Origin: Eledone cirrhosa
Taxonomy: Eukaryota
DNA: 64,000 nucleotides
Direction: 5' to 3'
Assembly: GCA_964016885.1 (NCBI GenBank)
Contig: OZ024748.1
Span: 49,228,001-49,292,000 of the forward strand
Every line of letters begins with the position of its first letter. The first letter of the stretch is position 1. Position numbers and translations under genes: made by a program. Below the pieces are notes generated by a model. It searched no databases. It saw only the letters and a list, made by a program, of their open reading frames with translations, and was not told the origin of the DNA. Shown piece after piece: positions 20,234 to 34,469 of this stretch.

Positions 20234-20667
20234 CCATCTATATATACACAATATATTTATGTGAAGGTGCATAGCCTAGTGATTAGGGTGTTTGATCTAT
20301 GGATTCCATTCCTGGATCAGGTGGCATGTTGTGTTCTTGAAAAAAACACTTTAATTTACTTTGCTCCAGTACACTCAGCTGAAAATGGGTAGCAGCAGAT
20401 GGTGGGAGATAATCCTGTCATGTATTTCTAATTGATTATAACAGCCAGAATGACATCCAGCTATTTGAACTAAAAGTTGCTTGAACAATAAACAAATATC
20501 TAAATTTCAATAACAAAAACAGAGTAAAGCGTTCTGCTTTATGGAAAACATGGACAAATGAGCGAATCTATTGAAATATTCCTGTAATTCCAATCCTTAT
20601 TTTTCTTATTCTTCTTATTCTTATTTTTCTTATTCTTCTTATTCTTATTTTTCTTATTCTTCCACAG

Positions 20668-20766
20668 AAGTAAATCATTCCAAAACTGGTCTTGTATTGA
20701 ATGTTGAACAGTCTAGCATGCAGTCATCACCAACAACTACTTACACCCGAAGTAACTCTACAACAG
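20668..20766 (+). CDS. JAZF1: JAZF1 exon 4
   Basis: Long polypyrimidine tract, ccacag|EVNHSKTGLVLNVEQSSMQSSPTTTYTRSNSTT|gttagt; ends like human RSSTPTG; 99 nt, symmetric phase 1. Confidence 0.8.
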
Positions 20767-21589
20767 GTTAGTAAGGGGATGATATTGTTGTCATGAGGTC
20801 CTTAGGAGTAAATTGTAAATTGGTTAGACTGAATTTGTGGTAAACCCATGTGATAGATCGATCACCATCATCATTTTACATCCATTGTTCCATTCTTGCA
20901 TGGGTTGAACGGGTGCTTCTTAGTACAGCATTGTCGCATTCCTTTGTCATCCCTGTGAGTTTTAACGATCTGAGATCAGCCCTCATCTCTTCCATCCAGG
21001 TCTTCTTTGGTCTTCCTTCCACTGGAGATTACTTGACACTTCTTCATCTAGCAATTATCATCCATCTGCATCACATGTCCTTATCAATCCTCAAGGGGGT
21101 CGATAAAATAAAGTACCAGTAATGCACTGGGGTTGATTTAATCAACTTTCCCCTTCCCATCAAATTGCTGGCTCTTGTGCGAAACGTAGAAACTATTACT
21201 GTTGATACAATATAGGGTTGTAGATTGGCAGATTCATGAGAGCTTCCAACAAATACTACTTAGCAGTTCTGAGTTCAAATCCTGTCAAGGTCCATAAAAT
21301 AAAGGGACAGCAGAAAAGTTCATAGGCTGACCAAGATACTCTCATGGAATGACCAAATGAGATTTATTTTTCAACATAGTCTCTGGAAAGAAACAATGTA
21401 TAAGAAGGGTTGAAATTAATTCATGCAAGATTTCACAGCTTTAGAATCACTCCTTCATAGTCAACCTATGAACCTTTCAGCCTATCCTAGTATCAGTCAT
21501 GTTGATATAATCAACTTCCCTACTCCCCACAAAAACAAACCCTTGCTGGCCTTGTCCAAGTGCTAGAATTGTTGTTGATATATTAATGA

Positions 21590-21815
21590 TTTCTAGTATA
21601 GGCACAAGGCCAGTAATTTGAGGGGAGGCGAAAACCGATTAAATCGACCCCAGCACATTACTGGTACTTTATTTTATCGACCCCCCCCCCCCCCCCCCGT
21701 AAGGATGAAAGGCAAAGTTAACCTCGGCGGGATTTGAACCCAGATCATACAGGGCCGTAACTCAATGCTGCAAAGCATGGCGTCTGACCCTCTACCGATA
21801 CTGCCAATTGACCGC
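21590..21815 (-). mobile_element. tRNA-derived Nin/Deu-domain SINE
   Basis: ggttcaaatcccgccgaggttaactttgcctttcatcc...ggtcgataaaataaagtaccag core. Confidence 0.8.
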
Positions 21816-21883
21816 TCTGATTGATTCTTCAGATATATTATTTGATATATTAATGCTATGCTGTTGTCACTGTTGTTTTTCAG

Positions 21884-21977
21884 GTAGTGAGTTTGATGAA
21901 GAAGAGGTCAGTGAAAATGAAGACAGTGATGATTCTTGGACTAATCAAGAAGAATTTTCATCTGATTTGATTTTAAG
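21884..21977 (+). CDS. JAZF1: JAZF1 exon 5 (acidic region)
   Basis: tttttcag|GSEFDEEEVSENEDSDDSWTNQEEFSSDLIL|gtcagc; matches GSEYDEEEVDYEESDSDESWT. Confidence 0.92.
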
Positions 21978-22625
21978 GTCAGCTTAAAATTCCATACTTT
22001 ATTCAGCTTAAGCCTTCTTTTGATCTTATTATCTGTGTCACTTTAGTTCAACTTTTTTGACATCAGTAACAATATCTCTCTTTCCTCATTCCTTTTGTCT
22101 TGCACGCAATTGCTTGTACATAAGTCAGAGCTCAGGAAATAATATCAGGCTCTTCGTACTATTTGATTCTATTTTGTATGTTCATCATCATTATCATTTC
22201 CGTTTAACGTCCATTTTTCTATGCTAGCATGGGTTAGATGAGCTGACTCGTCAGTGCAGATGACCATGTCTTGCTCATACACAACTGATTCTGGCTTGGT
22301 TTTTACGGTTCGATGCCCTTCCTATCGCTAACCACATTTACAGTGTGTACTGGGCACTTTTTGTTGTGACACCTACATGACCACTTTTCAGCATGGACTG
22401 CATTTTTTATCATTATTTGTAATTATTACTTTATTAAAACCTGATTGTACTTGATCATGGAATTGTTAGTTACTAATCTTATTGCCATATCATAGAAATA
22501 ATGCATTAATGCATTTGTTACAGTATTTCTAATGAAATACATTACCTATCTATTGATCAGATAATATAGTTCCACTTTCTATGCCATCATCATCATCACC
22601 ATTTAACATCTATTTTTCATGCCTG

Positions 22626-22967
22626 CATCATCATTTCATCATCATTTCATTTTACGTCCGCTTTTCCCTGCTTGCAAGGGTGGGACGGGAACTGATTCTG
22701 GCTTGATTTCTACAGCTGGATGCCCTTCCTAACACCAACCTCATTTACAGTGAGTGCTGGGTGCTTTTTTGCCGTGGCACCTCCACGACCACTTTGCAGT
22801 GGAATGATAGGGACCTCAGTCCCTATCATCTCATTTCTACAGCTGAGTAAACTGGAGCAATGTGAAATAAAGTGTCTTGCTCAAGGAAACAACACATCAC
22901 CCGGTCTGAGAATTGAACTGACAACCTTTCAATTGCAAGGCCAATGCTCTAACCACTAAGCCATGTG
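22626..22967 (-). mobile_element. tRNA-derived SINE, same young family
   Basis: Near-identical to 19887-20233. Confidence 0.85.
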
Positions 22968-23124
22968 CATGGCTTAGACAGACTGTCACATTATGAGGTT
23001 AGAGGAATCAGGTGACCATATCTTACTTCATACATTCCATTTTGGGTTTGGTTTCCTATTGGGAACTCTTTTCATTGTGCCACCACTATTACTTAACAGG
23101 ATGGACTGGGTACTTTTCTGTTGT

Positions 23125-23383
23125 GGCACCAGCACGACCACCTTAACAGAGTGGACTGGGAACTTCTCTGTCATGGCACCAGCACGACCACCTTAACAGA
23201 GTGGACTGGGAACTTCTCTGTTGTGGCACCAGCACGACCACCTTAACAGAGTGGACTGGGAACTTCTCTGTCATGGCACAGCACGACCACCTTAACAGAG
23301 TGGACTGGGAACTTCTCTGTCGTGGCACGAACACGACCACCTTAACAGAGTGAACTGGGAACTTCTCTGTCATGGCACCAGCA
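23125..23383. repeat. 50-bp minisatellite, ~5 copies
   Basis: Unit ggcaccagcacgaccaccttaacagagtggactgggaacttctctgtcat. Confidence 0.92.
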
Positions 23384-23634
23384 CTGAGGGAGAGCAAGGA
23401 ACGTGTCATAGCAGTGGCCTTGAAGAAAAAAACAAAATGGGATAAGCACAACTAAAATGTTTTCAATGATAGGTCTATCCAATAATGATTTAAAACAAAA
23501 ATATCAACAGCTGTCAATTTCATCAGACCCCACTATCCCCTCTCCCTCATCAATATACAATACAAATCATCAAAATCTATGCCAGTATTTGGCTAATTAG
23601 TCACCTTTTATTCTTTTTTTTTAAAACTTTGCAG

Positions 23635-23763
23635 CATGCGGAATACAAAAGAAGTTGACGGAGACAAGCCTTTTGGATGTCCTGTTCCTGGTTGTAAAAA
23701 ACGTTATAAGAATATCAATGGAATTAAGTACCATGCACGACATGGTCACCGCAAGGATGCACG
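23635..23763 (+). CDS. JAZF1: JAZF1 exon 6 (second C2H2 finger)
   Basis: ttgcag|SMRNTKEVDGDKPFGCPVPGCKKRYKNINGIKYHARHGHRKDAR|gtgagg; near-identical to human KPFACPVPGCKKRYKNVNGIKYHAKNGH. Confidence 0.95.
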
Positions 23764-24389
23764 GTGAGGACAAACTCTCTTTTATTTACAACGAATTTTC
23801 TTTATGGCTTTTTATTTTGTTTTTCTCAAAATGTTTTTCAATGTCTCACATTTAGTCTTGCTGTGCCTATGTAATACTAATGCTTTTTTTTTCAACTCAA
23901 GAATCTATGGAGTCCTATGTCTACCTATTAGTCAACAACATACATAATTACTACATCATTACCACCATTTAACATCCCTGTTCCATGCTAGCATGGGTTA
24001 GATAAATTGTCCTGTTGTGAAACAAGTCAGATCACATGACCATGCTTTACTCAGACGCAACTGTTTCTGGATTAGTTTCTACAGTTGGATGCCCTTCCTA
24101 ACACCAACCACATTTACAATGTGGATTAGGTGATTTTTATCATGGAAAAAATACAAAACAAATCTTGTTGATAAGTTTCATTTTATCAAACCTAAAGGAT
24201 TCTGGCATTTTGTCAATTAAGCCGTCATTTTTCCAAATTGACAGAAGACCACAAATTTGCGGAGTGTTTTTTTTCAAACCCACCCCACTAAGATGTGTCA
24301 TGCTCAGTCAAAGGCATTCTCTAAATCAATGAATGCTTTATATAGTGGTTTACTCTTGCAATTATCTTGCTAAGAAGAGGGCATTGGTT

Positions 24390-24910
24390 GTACTCTGTCA
24401 TGGAACAAATCCAAACTGCATTTCATGTAATCTAACTCTGTTCCTAATCAGTTGTTCTAAAACTCTGTCCATTTGTTTGATGCCTCTGTAATTACTCCTT
24501 TCTGAAACATCACCATTTCCCTTGTAGCAGTTAATGATGATACTAGTTAATGATTATACCATTCATCAGGTATGACATCATCACGTATTACCTGGTTGAA
24601 TGTAAGAATAGCTTGAGCCCTATTTTGCAAAATATTTTCTGCATCTCTGCAACTATCTCAAATGACCAAGTGGCTTTTCCTGTCTTCATGTAATTAATAG
24701 CTTCTTTAATCCTATCACTGTCAGCTTCATCTGTTGATTCCTTTGTTTCGTTTAAGGTTAGTTCCTCCTCCTCCACATTCAGTAACCTCTCATATATATG
24801 GTATAGTATGGTCTCACAACTCCTGATGGAGTTGTAGGGGAGCCATAGCAGCATATAGCATTTCTTGGCCATTTTAAGCCTGGTAGAGCCCATCACTCTC
24901 CAGGTCTGAA
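24390..24910 (-). mobile_element. Decayed RTE LINE fragment
   Basis: IKEAINYMKTGKA...IVAEM, YKGNGD motifs. Confidence 0.7.
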
Positions 24911-25158
24911 CACTTCAGATTTCTTCCAGAGAAGGATAGAGAGTGAGAAAGAAATATAGAAGAAGAATCAACCTCATTACTGAATTAGTACATTTTCTTT
25001 TATCGACTTTGAATGTATGAAAGGCACAGTTGACCTCTGCAGGATTTGAACTCAGAGAGCAGAGATCCGGAATCAATACTACATGACATTCTATTCAATT
25101 TTTTAACAACTCTGCCAATTTGTTGCATATATATTTATATTTTTTCTGGTATTTTCAG

Positions 25159-25642
25159 TGTGAGGAAAGGTTACCGGTGCCACTGTGGAAAAAGCTACAA
25201 AACTCCTCAACGTTTACGCAGTCACAGCATTAACCATCACCCTTCATTTGACATTCTATCACAACAGAGCTGCACATCGACACAAGTACAGTCTTTACAA
25301 TTACCGACACAGCAACAGCAACAACAACAACAACAGCCTCCGCCACCACCACTGCCGGTGCGACCTACTCATTTGACAGTGTCCCCTGCCAAGCCATCTG
25401 CAACACAGCTGACGTGCACCACCTCAACAGCTGCAGTCAGCACGCCTTCAATTACTCCAACAAATCTCACTTCAGTCAGTCCATCATTAGCTGCTGCTCT
25501 ATCCTCCCAGCTGATGGCTCAGCTGCCCTCTGGCATCTCTTCAATGTCAGCGTCATCAGCTAATTCTGCTCAGGCTGTTGGCCATGTCCAGCTGATTAGC
25601 CAGCCTGCTGCTCTTGTCACTACTGCAGCTTACGAGAAGTAA
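25159..25642 (+). CDS. JAZF1: JAZF1 exon 7 (third finger plus Q/P/S/T-rich tail, stop)
   Basis: ttttcag|VRKGYRCHCGKSYKTPQRLRSHSINHHP...AAYEK*; total CDS 1071 nt = 356 aa + stop; AATAAA at 25709. Confidence 0.92.
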
Positions 25643-26546
25643 AACTGAAGAAACTAAGAAAGATTCTCATTGCTGTTAAAAATGTTGAATTCAACAACAC
25701 CACCAAATAATAAAAAATCTCATCCTCACTCTCCCATATTATTATATACCAAGAAAAAAAAGAAAAAACTATTAAAAAATTAATTAAAAATTATTAAAAA
25801 AAAAAAAAAAAGCCAACCAAACAAAAATACCCATAAAAGATATATAAAAAAAGAAAACAAATTCTCCTGGTGCTGTGAAACTTTTTTTCAAGAATCTCAC
25901 AGAACATATTACATTGTGATGTTTTTGTGAAGTTATTACTCCCTGTTATAATTATAATTATTATAATTATTATCATTATTATTATTATTTTTAACATCTT
26001 CCTTCCTCCACTTATCACCATCACAAAACTCCCATTTAAATATTGCCATGACCACCACCACCACCACCCCAACTACCACCACCACCACCACCACCCAATC
26101 TCTTTGCCCACCTTTTCACATTCACATACCCACACATATTTTATATTAACACCATCTTTATTTTCTACTCACCTCACCTCCATTTTCATATACAGTAACT
26201 TAACATCCATCAATGTTCAAACCACTTCTTTTATATTGCCATGTCAACCTACCCCTACCACTGCCACCACCACCACCACCAACTACAGTTTTTCACAGTT
26301 GCTACTCCTGCCCTTCATAACAGACACATTGACCACTATTTCATCATCCACCCCTGACAACACTGGCTCCCACCCACAACTATCTCACCGTCATCACATC
26401 ACCCACTGAAGAAGAAGAAGAAGAAGAAGAAGATGAAGACACAACCTGCATCATCTCATCAACGAAAAAAAAAACTGCCATGGCAACAACAACAACTTCA
26501 TTTACTCTGATTTCAAACTAAAAAAATTGTAGTGAGTAAATTGGCT

Positions 26547-28395
26547 GACACACACATCCATACTGACATACGCAATGATGCACAGAGAGACACACACACA
26601 TCCATACTGACATACGCAATGATGCACAGAGAGACACACACACATCCATACTGACATACGCAATGACGCACAGAGAGACACACACACATCCATACTGACA
26701 TACGCAATGATGCACAGAGAGACACACACACATCCATACTGACATACGCAATGACGCACAGAGAGACACACACACATCCATACTGACATACGCAATGATG
26801 CACAGAGAGACACACACACATCCATACTGACATACGCAATGACGCACAGAGAGACACACACACATCCATACTGACATACGCAATGATGCACAGAGAGACA
26901 CACACACATCCATACTGACATACGCAATGACGCACAGAGAGACACACACACATCCATACTGACATACGCAATGATGCACAGAGAGACACACACACATCCA
27001 TACTGACATACGCAATGACGCACAGAGAGACACACACACATCCATACTGACATACGCAATGATGCACAGAGAGACACACACACATCCATACTGACATACG
27101 CAATGACGCACAGAGAGACACACACACATCCATACTGACATACGCAATGATGCACAGAGAGACACACACACATCCATACTGACATACGCAATGACGCACA
27201 GAGAGACACACACACATCCATACTGACATACGCAATGATGCACAGAGAGACACACACACATCCATACTGACATACGCAATGACGCACAGAGAGACACACA
27301 CACATCCATACTGACATACGCAATGACGCAGAGAGAGAGACACACACATCCATACTGACATACGCAATGACGCACAGAGAGACACACACACATCCATACT
27401 GACATACACAATGACGCACAGAGAGACACACACACATCCATACTGACATACGCAATGATGCACAGAGAGACACACACACATCCATACTGACATACACAAT
27501 GACGCACAGAGAGACACACACACATCCATACTGACATACGCAATGATGCACAGAGAGACACACACACATCCATACTGACATACGCAATGACGCACAGAGA
27601 GACACACACACATCCATACTGACATACGCAATGACGCAGAGAGAGAGACACACACATCCATACTGACATACGCAATGACGCACAGAGAGACACACACACA
27701 TCCATACTGACATACACAATGACGCACAGAGAGACACACACACATCCATACTGACATACACAATGACGCACAGAGAGACACACACACATCCATACTGACA
27801 TACACAATGACGCACAGAGAGACACACACACATCCATACTGACATACACAATGACGCACAGAGAGACACACACACATCCATACTGACATACGCAATGACG
27901 CACAGAGAGACACACACACATCCATACTGACATACACAATGACGCACACAGAGACACACACACATCCATACTGACATACACAATGACGCACAGAGAGACA
28001 CACACACATCCATACTGACATACACAATGACGCACAGAGAGACACACACACATCCATACTGACATACGCAATGACGCACAGAGAGACACACACACATCCA
28101 TACTGACATACACAATGACGCACAGAGAGACACACACACATCCATACTGACATACGCAATGACGCACAGAGAGACACACACATCCATACTGACATACACA
28201 ATGACGCACAGAGAGACACACACATCCATACTGACATACGCAATGACGCACAGAGAGACACACACACATCCATACTGACATACGCAATGACGCACAGAGA
28301 GACACACACACATCCATACTGACATACGCAATGGCGCACAGAGAGACACACACACATCCATACTGACATACGCAATGACGCACAGAGAGACACAC
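26547..28395. repeat. 44-bp minisatellite, ~42 copies
   Basis: Unit cacagagagacacacacacatccatactgacatacgcaatgaYg. Confidence 0.96.
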
Positions 28396-29402
28396 AGATA
28401 CTCACGTACACACATTGACACACAGACAGACACACACTCACACACAAACAAACACACATGCAGACACACACATTCACACACTGACTGACACACACTCATG
28501 CACTGACAGACATACACTCACACACTCACGCACAGACAAACACATTCACACACTGACTGACACAGACTCACGCACTGACAGACACACACTCATGCACTGA
28601 CAGACACACACTCACGCACAGACACACACTCACGCACAGACAAACACTCACACACTGACTGACACACACTCACGCACTGACTGACACACACTCACGCACT
28701 GACTGACACACACTCACGCACTGACTGACACACACTCACGCACTGACTGACACACACTCACGCACTGACTGACACACACTCACGCACTGACAGACACATA
28801 CTCACGCACAGACAAACACTCACACACTGACAGACACACATTCACACACTGACTGACACACACTCACGCACTGACAGACACACACTCACGCACTGACAGA
28901 CAGACACTCACACACACAGACACACACTCACGCACAGACAGACACACACTCACGCACTGACAGACACAGACACACACACTGACACACAATCACACCCTGA
29001 CACACACACACACACAGATACACACTGACAGACACATATATATATATAGATGCATATACACACACATACATAAACATATAGAGACTGACAGCCACCCACA
29101 TGTACAAATAATATATATATATATACACACACACACTCAGACACACAAATAAATATATAGATACACACACACACTCAAACACATACACAAATATATATAT
29201 ATACACACACATACATAAACATATAGAGACTGACAGCCACCCACATGTACAAATAATATATATATATATATATACACATACACACTCAGACACACACAAA
29301 TAAATATATAGATACACACACACACACACTCAAACACATACACAAATATATATACACACACATACATAAACATATAGAGACTGACAGCCACCCACATGTA
29401 CA

Positions 29403-29439
<37 letters not shown>

Positions 29440-29570
29440 CACACTCACACACACAAATAAATATATAGATACACACACACACTCAAACACATACGCAAAT
29501 ATATATATATATATACATACATTCAAACACACACACGCACTCAAACACACACACACACAAATATATAAAA
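28396..29570. repeat. CA-rich degenerate tandem repeats
   Basis: 20-bp cacactcacgcactgactga units, then ~140-bp units containing gagactgacagccacccacatg. Confidence 0.85.
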
Positions 29571-30221
29571 CACAGTTGTTTTAATTGTTGTTCACACACA
29601 AAAAAAAAAAAGAAATGTCTAAGTGAATTATTTTTGTTTCTAATGAAATAACCACATTCCTCTTGTTTGTTGTCTTATAATTATGTCTTAAGATATGTCT
29701 TATATTAAGACATGTCTTACACCCAAAATAACTACACAAAGTTGAGATGGTTTTTTTTTTCCTTTTTTTTTTAGTGTTTGTAATTTTCTTTGTTTGGAAT
29801 CAAAAAATTGTTGCTTTTTTTTTTTTGTGAATGTGTTTTATTGTTTGGTTTCTCTCATTTTCATATCTTTTTTGTTTGCTGTGTTTATGTGTGTGTGTAT
29901 GTGTTCGTGTTATGTGTGTGTGTGTTTGTGTTATGTGTGTATGGGTGTGTTGTGTGTGTGTGAATATTAAATGAGGAATTCTCATTGCTTTCTCTCATTG
30001 TCAAATATTTTTTGTTCGTGTTCATGTGTGCTTGTGTTTGTGTGAGTGTGAGTGTGCATGTTCATGTCTGTTTGTGAATTTTAAATGAAGAATTCTTGTT
30101 GAGATTGTACATTGTGTGTGTGTATGTGTGTATAGTGAGTCTGTGAATGGGTACTCCTAATGTATAACTGAAGCAAATGGAGGAGGAAACACACGCGCAC
30201 ACACACAGACACACACACACA

Positions 30222-30268
<47 letters not shown>

Positions 30269-30565
30269 GAAACCCTAAAGAAAGAAATAAAATGTGTTCC
30301 CTGTCACTTCTCCCCTATAATATGTAACCCATCTTTTTTTTTATTTGATTTTAGTTTTGTATGAGTTGAATAATATATGCAATATGTATAATTTATTCAA
30401 GAGAGATGTGAAATGGTTGTGAATATATTCAAGACTGAGGATTGGCTGATACAAGCTAACAAACTCCAATAATCGAATTAGCTATTCTAATCAAAAAGAC
30501 CATAACATTTTTTTTGAAGTATTTTTGAAGGCATACAGAAACAGACATGCATGCGTACAGATGAA

Positions 30566-30618
<53 letters not shown>

Positions 30619-31741
30619 CTGTAAGGCAGTAACTTTTCCTTTCAAGGACAAAAAAAAAAATGAAAGCTCACCTATCTCATCAGAATTATTCTCCAGTTGA
30701 AGGAAGACAAAGATCAGTCACAATTGCTGACTGTGGAAATGTCTTGAGTGGTACTTCAGTTATTGAATGCACCAGTTACAGGAACTTATATAAGTGTATA
30801 CAATATATTTTTGTATAATATACATAAGTCTCGCTATGGGTATTTTAAGCTCTGATCATGTCACAGCTACCTCATTAGTGTTTCAGGATAGTTTTATCCA
30901 TCAGTAATGCATATCCAATCAGTACTGAAACAAGAATAAGTTATAGCTTATATACATTTTGCTACAGATGTATATACACACATACATGCACATTAATAGA
31001 GCCCCCCCCCCTCCTTATCATAAGTTAACTTCTCTTACAAACGTTTGCATTTATGGCAACTTGAGTAAATCTTAACAATTTAAAAGCTACACTTTCTTTT
31101 TAGTCAAGACCAAAATATAACTAACAATTTGAAAACCAATCATGATATGTATATATATGTGTGAGTGTATACATACACTATATATTGTGAGTGTATACAT
31201 ACATTATGATCTGCAATATTAGAGAGATTGTTGTGTCTTTGACATAATTGAAGAATCCTTACAATATGTATCATCATCATCATCATCATCATCGTTTAAC
31301 GTCTATTTTCAACGCTAACATGGGTCTGGGCGGCAATTGTCCCACTTGAGGCAAGATTGGTTGTCTTGCTCAGGACTGTCTGGCGGGTTTTCTACGGCTG
31401 GATGCCCTTCCTAACACCAACCACGTTTACAGTGTGGACTGGAAGGTTTTTACCATGTTACCTACATGGCCACATTACAGCGTGGACTGTGTGTTTTTTT
31501 TGTCGTGACACCTACATGACCTCATTTATTTAGGACTGGATGTTGAGGTACCAACATAGCTTTACATCGAAAGGGGCGGTGGGAGTAGGGGTAGTGTGAC
31601 GGGGGTGTATTTTGGTTAAGAGGTGCCTACTGACTGTAGGTTTTGCTTTGTACTTAGGCAAGGCGGGTCTTCTGTATTACTACGTAGCGCCAAAGATCTC
31701 AGTCCAGTGACATTGTCTTGGAGAGGTGTAAGTGAGAGGTG

Positions 31742-31784
<43 letters not shown>

Positions 31785-32984
31785 CCTGGGACGTCTGTGG
31801 CCATGCTTCAGTACTGACTTATGTAGACCTATCCAACCCTTGCTAACAGGGAAAGTGGATGTTAATGATGATGGTGATATATACTCTTGGGTCCCAAATA
31901 ATAGGGCTGGGATGGGTGGAGAATCGATAATCTTTTAAAAACCATTCTATTTATTTTATAATGTATGAAATTTCTTGTAATGTTCTTTTATTGTCATGTA
32001 TAAAGTTTTTCAATGTCTAAAGAAAATTGTTGCAGGAATGCTACCACTTAAAATAAAATTTCGATGGAGATAGATTAGCAAAATTTAATAAGTGGGGTAA
32101 CTGGAATAAGAGTTGGGGGTTTGGAAAAACTCTGAAAAATTAATAAGCGGGCAGGGGTGAGGCAGGATTATTTGAGACTCTAGAGTATATATATACACAC
32201 ACACACACACGACATGACACTCTAGTGTCTCTAGTCTTGCTGATCTACATAACACTCTTATACTCTGTAATGTGGTTGTTGAAAGGAAAGGTATCAAGCT
32301 GTACAAAACCAGCAAAACAAAGAGATCTGGAGATCTTTTCAGACATGTCAAAAACATGACAACCTCCATAGTGTTGGTGCTATAATAAAATACATACATT
32401 CCTGCACTTTAACAAGTGTAAGGTGCAGGCCCTGGCTCATCAGAGATGTCAGTAGTACTGACTTGGTCTGTGATGACTTGTTCAGCCCTTGCAGGTAAAA
32501 CAGATGGTAAATGATGATATATACATGAGCTGTTGTTTGCATATGAGTTACTATAAACACAGTGTGGGAATGGAACTTTTCACTGAATATTTGTATATAT
32601 TTTCTTGGGTCACAATGAATGTGCTAGACCGTCAGAAATAGTTGCTGAGATGTTTTCAGGGTTTGAGGAAGTAGAGTCTGAACTAGTCACTCACAGTCTG
32701 TCATACCTAATTACTAGCTCAGCAGTATAATCATTAATTGCTACAAGGGAAAAGGTGATGCAAAGAAAAGGAGCAACTACAAATTAAGGGTTCATTATGT
32801 CGGACGCCATGCTTTGACGCATAGAGTTACGGCCCTTGCCATTCTGAGTTCAAATCCCGCCGAGGTTAACTTTGCCTTTCATCCTTACGGGGTCGATAAA
32901 ATAAAGTACCAGTAATGTACTGAGTAATTTTCTGGCCTTGTGCCAATAGTAGAAACAATTATGAAAGTGACAGTTCTATTGCAA

Positions 32985-33770
32985 CTTATTTGGGAAAGAG
33001 TCAAACCAGATGACATGCAGTTTGATTTTGTGCCAGGGAGGAGTACTGCAGATGCCCTCTTCTTAGACAACTACAAAAGAAGTTCTTAGCTAAAAGTAAA
33101 CCTCTATATCTAGCTTTTGTTGATCTAGAGAGGCCTTTAACAGAGTACTATGATCTATCATCTGGTGGGCCTCAATGAAACTAGGTGTAGAAGAGTGGCT
33201 TGGGAGAGAAGTGCTAGCCATATATGGAGGAACTGTTTGTAAAGTGAGAGTAGGAAATGAGTTTAGCAAGGAATTCAAAGTACAGGTAGGAGTGCATCAG
33301 GACTTAGTTCTTAGCCTGCTGTTGTTTATCATAGTCCTCTGGGCCTATTTGTCAATGAGTACTTCTGTATGTTGATGATCTGGTTCTTATAGCTGAATCC
33401 ATGGCATGGAAGAACAAATGAACAAATTCAGACTGTAAAAACAGAACTTAGAATCAAAAGGGCTGAAAGTAAACTAAGCAAAACCCCAAGTTTTAATAAG
33501 TAAGAAAGAAGACAAGGCCCCAATCCCATCAGGGAAATAGCTGTGCTCACAATACAGAAAAGGAGTAGGTAGAAACTCTCTACCATGTGCACAATGCAAA
33601 TCTTGGGTACACAAGAGGTGAGCGAGATAGCAGGCAGACTAACAGGAAAGGAAGTCCTTGTATGTAATAGATGCTCAGGGAAAATTGATTGTAAGAGTGA
33701 CAGTGATATATACTTTTTCAATCGAAGGTAGGATCCATAGAAGTAGTTGATAGATTCTGCTATCTACGTA
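32985..33770 (+). mobile_element. RTE LINE fragment
   Basis: KVRVGNEFSKEFKVQVGVHQDLVLSLLLFIIVL. Confidence 0.82.
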
Positions 33771-34112
33771 TCCAACCTAATGTATAAGGAATGGTTCTAC
33801 ACTAGCGACCAAGAGACGAAAAAAATCGTAAATACAGTCATTCTTTCTAACATGGACACAAGGCCGGATATTTAGAGAAAGGATAAAGTCGATTACATCG
33901 ATCCCAGTACTTGATTGGTTCTATATTTTATCGACTGCGGAAGGATAAAAGGCAAAGTTGACCTTTTCTGGGGTTTGTATTCAGAACATAAGAAGCTAGA
34001 ACAAATACTTCTAAGCATTTGTCCGGCATGAAATAAATAAATAAATACTGACTTTAAGGGAAATAACTAAAAAGACTTGAGGAGTAACTTCCCTTCGTTA
34101 TTTACTCAGGGG

Positions 34113-34300
34113 CGGTGGATTGGCAGTATCGGTAGAGGGTCGGACGCCATGCTTTCCAGCATAGTTACGTCCCTTTACGATCTGAGTTCAAATCCCGCCG
34201 AGGTTGACTTTGCCTTTCATCCTTACGGGGTCGATAAAATAAAGTACCAGTAATGCACTGGGTGATTGCTGGCCTTGTGCCTAAAGTAGAAACAGTTATT
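34113..34300 (+). mobile_element. tRNA-derived Nin/Deu-domain SINE (full length; other copies ~32800, 35731, 40149, 48594, 55663, 57590)
   Basis: A box tggcagtatcggta, B box gagttcaaatccc, Nin-like core, gtagaaaca tail. Confidence 0.82.
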
Positions 34301-34469
34301 TACTCGAAATGTTTTAAATAAATTTGGCATTTCTTGCTATGTCAAAGGAACAGAGTTGCCAGAGCGAAGAATAAAATACCTTGTCGTATTTATTCTTTCT
34401 CACTGCCCAGGAATTGATAGAATATAGGAAAAGATGTCTTGCTATCTATATTCTGAATCATTACGTTCT

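Noticed and set aside
26502-28517. 600+ aa Cys/Val-rich ORFs; CRISPR-like periodicity
   Set aside because: 44-bp tandem repeat with no unique spacers; open in all three minus frames.
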